In this document: positions 26,329-32,000 of the stretch, piece after piece
How the letters are laid out: the number at the start of each line of letters is the position of its first letter
How positions within the stretch are numbered: position 1 is the first letter of the stretch
Assembly: GCA_028276785.1 (NCBI GenBank)
Contig: JAPYVP010000002.1
Location: 21,399 to 53,398, forward strand
Direction of reading: 5' to 3'
From: Candidatus Nanopusillus sp.
GTDB taxonomy: Archaea > Nanobdellota > Nanobdellia > Nanobdellales > Nanobdellaceae
Length of the DNA stretch: 32,000 nucleotides
The notes under the pieces: model-generated
Told to the model about the DNA's origin: nothing
Database searches by the model: none
What the model saw: only the letters and a program-made list of their open reading frames with translations
Made by a program: the position numbers and the translations under genes

Positions 26329-26745
26329 TTAGCGACCAAATAAAGATAAAAGCCCACTTAATATACCACCACTTTCGACTATTTTACATGGTAAAATAGC
26401 TTCATATTGATTACCATTTACAGTATAATATACCCTCACATATGCATTTCCTACAATAATATTATTGTTTACACTACAACCATTCATAGATCCATAATTT
26501 ATATTTCCCAAATCACATGTTGAATTCTTATAAAAATTATACACTACTACATTTTCCAAATTTTGTTTTGCAGTAATTATAATTAAAGATTCTCCATTTG
26601 CATGCTGACAACTATATGTAAAATACTTTAAATAGGGGGGCAAATAGGATGTTACATAATACGTATATACTGCATACAGTACAACCAATATAAAAATTGC
26701 TACACCTACCCAAATTGCGAATCTAGGTATCTTTGATATATCCAT
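26329..26745 (-). CDS. Membrane-anchored extracytoplasmic protein with 4 Cys, unknown function
   Basis: N-terminal anchor FAIWVGVAIFILVVLYAVYTYYV. A beta-rich N/Y/V domain with 4 Cys follows, then a glycine-rich hydrophobic C-terminus GGILSGLLSLFGR. Confidence 0.45.
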   Translation of the reverse strand: MDISKIPRFAIWVGVAIFILVVLYAVYTYYVTSYLPPYLKYFTYSCQHANGESLIIITAKQNLENVVVYNFYKNSTCDLGNINYGSMNGCSVNNNIIVGNAYVRVYYTVNGNQYEAILPCKIVESGGILSGLLSLFGR

Positions 26746-26749
26746 AAAA

Positions 26750-27007
26750 TTAATTTTGATCTACGTATATATAAACATAGATATATTTATTCCCCCTGTC
26801 TTCAATCTTCATATTTTTTAAAATCTCCTCATATTTTTTATCATCTATATCAAACATATCTGGATATTTATTTAGTATATAATCTACTATTAACCTTTTT
26901 ATCATAATATCTCCATTCCTATTCAAATTTTCAGAATTATATTCATCTAAAATTCCTTCTATTATATATTTTGGAATCTTAAATTCATATTCAATATTAT
27001 ATGGCAT
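26750..27007 (-). CDS. Small hypothetical protein
   Basis: The track ORF starts at a TTG (27064). I prefer the ATG at 27007 (MPYNIEYEF...), which leaves ~70 bp for a promoter after rfcS. No family recognised. Confidence 0.35.
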   Translation of the reverse strand: MPYNIEYEFKIPKYIIEGILDEYNSENLNRNGDIMIKRLIVDYILNKYPDMFDIDDKKYEEILKNMKIEDRGNKYIYVYIYVDQN

Positions 27008-27080
27008 GTAGAATTTTACTATTTTCCAAAATATAAATAATTGCTTTATAATCTTGAATTTCAAAAATGATTATCGAAAA

Positions 27081-28049
27081 TTATTTTCTACTTTGTAAAC
27101 CCTTAAGTCCTATATATGCTAATAAAGCACCTAGTTGTATTACTGGATCTGAACCTTCTAATAATCTATATTCTATTTCTCCAACATAGTATATTATATC
27201 TAATTTTTCTTTTTCAGATATATTCATAGAATATACTTCCTTTGATAAATATTTAATTATATCTTCCCCCGCAAGACCATATTTTAACATTAAATCAATT
27301 AATTTTTCCCTAGCCTCAACAAATTTCCCTTCATATGCCAATTTTAATACTTCCTGTAATTCTTGTGGTTTTGCTACAGAAGCAACTTCATATATTAACT
27401 CTGGAGTTATATTTTTAGAATATAGGGCTGCAGCTTGTAACATATTTATCGATTTTCTCATATCACCTTCTGAAATATAATATATTGCCTCTAATGCATC
27501 ATCACTTATATTTAAATTTTCCTTTTCGGCTATTGATTTTAATAAGCTAAATACATCCTTTTTACTTAGTTGTTTAAACCTAAATACAACAGTTCTAGAT
27601 TGTATTGGTTCTATAATTTTTGATGAATAATTACATGCCAATATGAATCTTGTTACTGAAGAGTATTCCTCCATTATTCTTCTTAAAGCTTGTTGCGCAT
27701 CTCTTGTCATTGCATCTGCTTCATCCAAAAATACAATTTTAAATGGAACATTTCCAATTGGTTTTGTTCTCGCAAATTCTTTTACCTTTTCTCTTATAAC
27801 ATCTATTCCTCTATCATCTGAAGCATTTAGTTGTAATACATTTTGTTCCCATCTATCCCCATATAATTCTCTAGCAAGTGCCAATGCAGCAGTTGTTTTT
27901 CCAACACCAGCAGGTCCAGCAAATAATAAATGGGGCATATTTCTATTTTCTACAAATGCCTTCAATCTTTTTACAATCTCATCTTGTCCTTTTATATCAT
28001 CCAATCTTTTTGGTCTATATTTTTCAGTCCATATTTCGTTCTCTGGCAT
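27081..28049 (-). CDS. rfcS: Replication factor C small subunit
   Basis: [16 protein letters not shown], Walker [17 protein letters not shown] Walker B (FLDEADAMT), SRC-type motif as [10 protein letters not shown], and [11 protein letters not shown]. 322 aa, no intein. Confidence 0.93.
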   Translation of the reverse strand: MPENEIWTEKYRPKRLDDIKGQDEIVKRLKAFVENRNMPHLLFAGPAGVGKTTAALALARELYGDRWEQNVLQLNASDDRGIDVIREKVKEFARTKPIGNVPFKIVFLDEADAMTRDAQQALRRIMEEYSSVTRFILACNYSSKIIEPIQSRTVVFRFKQLSKKDVFSLLKSIAEKENLNISDDALEAIYYISEGDMRKSINMLQAAALYSKNITPELIYEVASVAKPQELQEVLKLAYEGKFVEAREKLIDLMLKYGLAGEDIIKYLSKEVYSMNISEKEKLDIIYYVGEIEYRLLEGSDPVIQLGALLAYIGLKGLQSRK

Positions 28050-28088
28050 ACATTAATAATTTAAATTAAAACTTAAATAAATATTATT

Positions 28089-28748
28089 ATGAACTTTGAA
28101 TATGTAAAACATAATGATTTAATAATATATTATAAGATTTATGATATTGAATGTTATCCTCCAAAAGAAGATTCTTTTTTATTAAATGATCATATAAAAG
28201 AATTTGCTAGAGGTAAAAAGGTTTTGGATATAGGATGTGGGTCTGGAATCCAAGGTTTAGAGGCATATAAATATACAAAAGATGTTTCTTTTTCTGATAT
28301 ATCAGAGGAATGTTTAAAATTATCTAAAATAAACTTTTATATAAATTATGTAAATAATAATGTTGATTTAGATTATTTATATAAAAATATAGAAAAAATT
28401 AATTTACCAGTAAAATTTTATCATTCTGATTTATTTAATAATATAAATGAAAAATTTGATTTAATATTATTTAATCCTCCATATTTACCAGAAGTAAGTT
28501 ATGAGGGGGTAAAAGTAAAACGATGGATTTCTGGGGGAAAGTTTGGATATGAGACAATCGATAGATTTTTATATCAAAGCATAACCAAATTAAATAATTT
28601 TGGAGAAATATTGATAATAATGTCTTCAATAACAAATCCTCAATATATATTAAATAAATATTCAAAATTTTATGATTATAGGATAATAGATAGCAAACAC
28701 ATTTTCTTCGAGGATATATTTTTAATATATTTAAGGAAAAAGTTCTAA
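28089..28748 (+). CDS. HemK/PrmC/Mtq2-type SAM-dependent N5-glutamine methyltransferase
   Basis: SAM-binding VLDIGCGSGIQGL and catalytic NPPY (LILFNPPYLP). Confidence 0.7.
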   Translation: MNFEYVKHNDLIIYYKIYDIECYPPKEDSFLLNDHIKEFARGKKVLDIGCGSGIQGLEAYKYTKDVSFSDISEECLKLSKINFYINYVNNNVDLDYLYKNIEKINLPVKFYHSDLFNNINEKFDLILFNPPYLPEVSYEGVKVKRWISGGKFGYETIDRFLYQSITKLNNFGEILIIMSSITNPQYILNKYSKFYDYRIIDSKHIFFEDIFLIYLRKKF

Positions 28749-28750
28749 TT

Positions 28751-29512
28751 ATGATAGTTGATGATCATGCACACCTATTTTTATACGAAAATGTAGATGA
28801 AAAAATAAGGGAAAATGTTGAAAGAAACGTAAAATATATAATTGAAAATTCAATAGATGTTGAAAGTATAAACAAAGTAATTGAAGAATCTAGAAAGTAT
28901 GATATAATATATTATGCTTTAGGATTATATCCTGAAGAAATTGCAAAGATGAATGATGATGATATAGAAAAAATATTGGAATTTATTGAAGAAAATGATG
29001 ATAAAAAATTTTTGGCAATTGGAGAGGTTGGATTAGATTTTTCCAGTGTGGATGAAGATAAAATTAGAAAACAAAAAATATATTTTGAAAAATTTTTAGA
29101 ATTAGCGGATAGATTGAAGAAACCAGTAATAATTCATAGTAGGAAGGCTGAAAAAGATGTATTAGATATATTAACAAGTTATAACAATAAAAGGGTATTG
29201 CATACATTTTGGAAACCTTCTTTAGTAGATAAAGCAATTGAAATAAATTGTTATTTATCAATACCAACAATTGTTTATAGAGATCCCGGATTTCAAAAAA
29301 TTGTAGAAAATATACCATTAGAATTTATTTTAACCGAAACAGACTCTCCATATTTAGATCCAATAGAAAAAGGTAAAGCAGTAAATAATTCATGGAAGAT
29401 AATATACTCATTAGAAAAGATATCTGAAATAAAGGATATAGATAAAAAAGAATTGGAAGAAATAATATTTAATAACTTTGTTAAAGTATATAATATAAAT
29501 AATGATGAATAA
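28751..29512 (+). CDS. tatD: TatD-family metal-dependent hydrolase/DNase (paralog 2)
   Basis: VDDHAHLF, GEVGLDF, VIIHSR and TETDSPYL motifs. Confidence 0.8.
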   Translation: MIVDDHAHLFLYENVDEKIRENVERNVKYIIENSIDVESINKVIEESRKYDIIYYALGLYPEEIAKMNDDDIEKILEFIEENDDKKFLAIGEVGLDFSSVDEDKIRKQKIYFEKFLELADRLKKPVIIHSRKAEKDVLDILTSYNNKRVLHTFWKPSLVDKAIEINCYLSIPTIVYRDPGFQKIVENIPLEFILTETDSPYLDPIEKGKAVNNSWKIIYSLEKISEIKDIDKKELEEIIFNNFVKVYNINNDE

Positions 29513-29549
29513 ATGTAGGCTGAAAAATGATGTAGAACCCGGAAACTGA
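29502..29549 (+). ncRNA. C/D box sRNA (2'-O-methylation guide)
   Basis: AUGAUGA (C, 29502-29508) / 11-nt AUAAAUGUAGG / CUGA (D', 29520-29523) / AAA / AUGAUGU (C', 29527-29533) / 12-nt AGAACCCGGAAA / CUGA (D, 29546-29549). Order and spacing match the archaeal C/D sRNA layout. This is the only place in the window where all four boxes co-occur correctly. Confidence 0.65.
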
Positions 29550-29553
29550 TAAA

Positions 29554-30303
29554 ATGAAAATAATATCTTGGAATGTTAATGGATTAAAGTCTATAATTCA
29601 AAAAGGTTTAATTGAATTTATTAAAAAATATAATGCAGATTTCTATCTACTTCAAGAAATAAGAACAAAAGAAATACCATTAACACTTCAATTACTTGGA
29701 TATAATATATACTCATTTCCTGCAAAGAAAAGTGGATATAGCGGTGTATTAACATTAGCAAAAATAAAACCAAATAATGTAAAATATGGAATTGGAATTG
29801 AAAAATTTGATATTGAAGGAAGAGTTATAACCATGGAATATGATAAATTTTATTTAATAAATGTATATTTTCCAAATGCTGGAGTTGGAACATTAAAAAG
29901 ATTGGATTTCAAATTAGAATTTGATAGAGAATTTGAAAAATATGTTTTATCTTTAAATAAACCATGTATAATTTGTGGAGATTTTAATGTAGCACATAAA
30001 GATATTGATATATATGATCCAATAAATTTGAAAGGTTATGCAGGATTTACGGATGAAGAAAGACAATGGTTTGATCATTTTTTATCTTTAGGATTTATTG
30101 ATACATTTAGATATATAAAAGGAAATATAAGAAAATATAGCTGGTTTTCATATTCAATTATTGCAAGAAAGAAGAATGAGGGATGGAGACTTGATTATTG
30201 TATAATAAGTAAGGAGTTAAAGGATAAAATAGTTAACGCAGATATTTTAGATAATATATTCGGATCTGATCATGTCCCAATATTATTAGAAATAAATATA
30301 TAA
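29554..30303 (+). CDS. xth: Exodeoxyribonuclease III (AP endonuclease, Xth/ExoIII family)
   Basis: MKIISWNVNGLKS, LLQEIR, ICGDFNVAH, WRLDY and GSDHVPILL. Confidence 0.9.
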   Translation: MKIISWNVNGLKSIIQKGLIEFIKKYNADFYLLQEIRTKEIPLTLQLLGYNIYSFPAKKSGYSGVLTLAKIKPNNVKYGIGIEKFDIEGRVITMEYDKFYLINVYFPNAGVGTLKRLDFKLEFDREFEKYVLSLNKPCIICGDFNVAHKDIDIYDPINLKGYAGFTDEERQWFDHFLSLGFIDTFRYIKGNIRKYSWFSYSIIARKKNEGWRLDYCIISKELKDKIVNADILDNIFGSDHVPILLEINI

Positions 30304-30326
30304 AGAATGGAAATCATTTTTTATTG

Positions 30327-31877
30327 ATGGGTATAACTCTGTTATCTGAAAAACCAAAAGTTGAGATAAAAGGTGAAGAACTAAGAAAGATAGTAAAATA
30401 TGATAGTGATGGTATACCAGTATTCCCAGCATTTATTAATGGAGAATGGTATTATGGGGATGGAGAATACATGATTATTAATACACCAATAGATTTATCA
30501 CCTATTGCAAAAGTTCCAAAAGTTCCATATGAAGTTGTAGAGAAAGAAATCGATAGATTATATAATGAAAGATTTAATGCTAGAAATTATCCTGGATATT
30601 TAAGGGTTGAAAAAATATTAAAAACTTCAGAATTATTAGAAAAATATTCTAAAGATTTTGAAAATTTATTAATTATAAATGCCGGAAAAACGAGAAAGCA
30701 AGCTTTGGGAGAAATAGAATCTACAATTAATAGAATAAAAAATATTGAAATTGATTATAGAAAACTGATTGGGGATTATTTACCAGGTGAATTTAGTAAA
30801 GATTATTTAGAATCCGAAGGAATTATAAAAAGAGAACCTTTGGGATTAGTTTTAGCAATAGCTCCATTTAACTATCCATTATTTGATTCTGTAAATAAAA
30901 TAATATTTTCACTATTACCCGGAAATGTATTAATTATTAAACCCCCATCTTTAGATCCATTACCAGTAATATTATATATTAGATTATTAGAATTATCAGG
31001 TTTTCCAATGAAGTTTATTTCATTAATAACAGTACCTGGGAAAGATATGAATAAGATAACACCAAATAAAAAAATATCTTCAATAATATTTACTGGATCC
31101 ACAGAAACTGGAGAAGAAATAATAAAGAATTCTGGAATTAAACAATATTTAATGGAACTGGGTGGGGGTGCTCCTGCATTTGTATTAAGTGATACAGATA
31201 TAGATTATGCAGCAAAAAGAATTTCATCTGGTATTATATCATATTCTGGACAAAGGTGCGATTCTATAAAAATAATATTTGTAGAAAAAGATATATATGA
31301 TAAATTTAAGGAAAAATTAATAGAAGAAATTTCAAAAGTAAAAATTGGAGATCCAAGAGATGAAAATACAACATTTGGACCAATTGCAGATCCTAAGACT
31401 GTAGATGAATTTGTATATTCTGTAGAAGATGCAAAGAAAAAAGGAGGAAAAATATTATATGGGGGAAATAGACTAGATAAAACATATATTGAACCCACTT
31501 TGATAGAAGTTGATAAAGAAAATGTAGATAAATTATATTTATTTAATAAAGAAGTATTCTTATCCATAGCACTATTAGTAAAAATAGATAATATAGATGA
31601 AGGATTAAAAATTATAGAAAAGAGGAGATATGGACTGGATGCAGCAATATTTGGAAATGATATAAATAAAATTAGAAAAATAGCTGAATATTTGGAAGTT
31701 GGGGCTGTATATATTAATGATATGCCAAGACATGGAATTGGATATTATCCTTATGGTGGTAGAAAAGATTCTGGAATTGGTAAAGAAGGGTTGGGTTATG
31801 GAATTGAATCTACTACAACATATAAATCAATAGTATACAATTATAAAGATAAAGGCATTTGGAATTATAAGACATAA
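30327..31877 (+). CDS. gapN: Aldehyde dehydrogenase, most like non-phosphorylating glyceraldehyde-3-phosphate dehydrogenase (GapN)
   Basis: ALDH blocks FNYPL, FTGSTETG, MELGGGAP, and catalytic Cys in YSGQRCDSIKIIFV (the SGQRC..IK context is GapN-like). ATG at 30327 is preferred over the track's TTG at 30324. Confidence 0.7.
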   Translation: MGITLLSEKPKVEIKGEELRKIVKYDSDGIPVFPAFINGEWYYGDGEYMIINTPIDLSPIAKVPKVPYEVVEKEIDRLYNERFNARNYPGYLRVEKILKTSELLEKYSKDFENLLIINAGKTRKQALGEIESTINRIKNIEIDYRKLIGDYLPGEFSKDYLESEGIIKREPLGLVLAIAPFNYPLFDSVNKIIFSLLPGNVLIIKPPSLDPLPVILYIRLLELSGFPMKFISLITVPGKDMNKITPNKKISSIIFTGSTETGEEIIKNSGIKQYLMELGGGAPAFVLSDTDIDYAAKRISSGIISYSGQRCDSIKIIFVEKDIYDKFKEKLIEEISKVKIGDPRDENTTFGPIADPKTVDEFVYSVEDAKKKGGKILYGGNRLDKTYIEPTLIEVDKENVDKLYLFNKEVFLSIALLVKIDNIDEGLKIIEKRRYGLDAAIFGNDINKIRKIAEYLEVGAVYINDMPRHGIGYYPYGGRKDSGIGKEGLGYGIESTTTYKSIVYNYKDKGIWNYKT

Positions 31878-31883
31878 TTTTTT
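31878..31883 (+). terminator. T6 tract immediately after the gapN stop (possible intrinsic terminator)
   Basis: TAA is followed directly by TTTTTTATTATT. Weak evidence in an AT-rich genome. Confidence 0.2.
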
Positions 31884-32000
31884 ATTATTAATTAAATTAT
31901 GTCTACATTAAATTAAGTAAAAAATATGATCTGAGATTAAAAGGCTAACATTATAGCTTTTAAGTACAATTTAGATAAATAATTTATAATGAAAAAGGTG

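Noticed and set aside
27643-28069. A 137-aa ORF and a 63-aa ORF antisense to rfcS. The 137-aa one is the longest shadow ORF in the window.
   Set aside because: rfcS on the minus strand has every RFC motif. The antisense frame is open only because the relatively G+C-richer conserved gene lacks TTA/CTA/TCA in that frame. No start context, no motifs.
3946-31567. About 25 short ORFs (60-140 aa) in the supplied track lie antisense to, or nested within, the confidently assigned genes. Examples are 3946-4152, 4986-5174, 8263-8454, 8748-8939, 9231-9446, 12714-12941, 14172-14384, 16611-16814, 16998-17195, 17438-17689, 18198-18623, 20093-20275, 20961-21224, 21870-22097, 24985-25278, 25808-26242, 28471-28665, 29064-29318, 30872-31102 and 31205-31567.
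   Set aside because: Each is fully contained in a longer ORF on the other strand or frame that has clear family motifs. Their translations are low-complexity F/L/I/S-rich strings, as expected from the reverse complement of K/E/N/I-rich genes. None has a recognisable motif.
31990-32000. A possible start of a further + strand gene (ATGAAAAAGGTG...) at the right window edge.
   Set aside because: Only 11 nt are visible, so it cannot be supported.
1-32000. Window-wide search by eye for tRNA/rRNA genes, CRISPR repeats, IS or transposase/integrase genes, terminal inverted repeats and defence-system genes.
   Set aside because: There are no G+C-rich islands outside conserved protein-coding blocks and no regularly spaced direct repeats. 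There are no recombinase-like ORFs, and essentially no unassigned space longer than ~145 bp.

Overview
This is an extremely AT-rich (by eye well under 30% G+C), very gene-dense archaeal chromosome segment. Intergenic spacers are mostly under 45 bp. Many same-strand neighbours overlap by 1-25 nt, and four convergent pairs overlap at their 3' ends. I call about 39 CDSs, nearly all housekeeping.

- **Translation:** CysRS (5'-partial), aIF2-gamma, aRF1, CCA-adding enzyme, uS2/uL2/uL23/uL4, DRG-like GTPase, NIP7-like, RIO kinase, Dph2-like, the C-terminal half of GatE.
- **Replication and repair:** RFC large and small subunits, RadB, Nre, exonuclease III, two TatD paralogs.
- **Transcription:** TFE.
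- **Metabolism:** a GapN-type aldehyde dehydrogenase.

The composition, the truncated or split-looking genes and the scrambled ribosomal-protein cluster fit a reduced-genome DPANN/Nanoarchaeota-type archaeon. That assignment is inference only.

I found no tRNA, rRNA, CRISPR array, transposase/integrase or obvious defence genes, and no G+C-rich island of the kind structured RNAs produce in such genomes. I do not see a clear-cut, self-contained novel multi-gene system.

The observations most worth follow-up are:
1. A C/D box sRNA with textbook geometry, wedged between a TatD stop codon and the xth start codon (29502-29549).
2. A FlaI/FlaJ-type ATPase and membrane-platform pair without pilin or archaellin genes. 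It is divergently coupled to three orphan genes (coiled-coil protein, Q/N/P-rich prion-like coiled-coil protein, Cys-rich membrane-anchored protein). A second, orphan FlaJ paralog lies 12 kb away.
3. Two proteins sharing an unusual architecture: an N-terminal amphipathic VF[SG]KK motif, a Q/N/P-rich low-complexity linker and a C-terminal coiled coil.
4. A duplicated 17-bp palindromic operator-like box flanking the TATA-like elements upstream of tfe.
5. Split or truncated GatE and Dph2.
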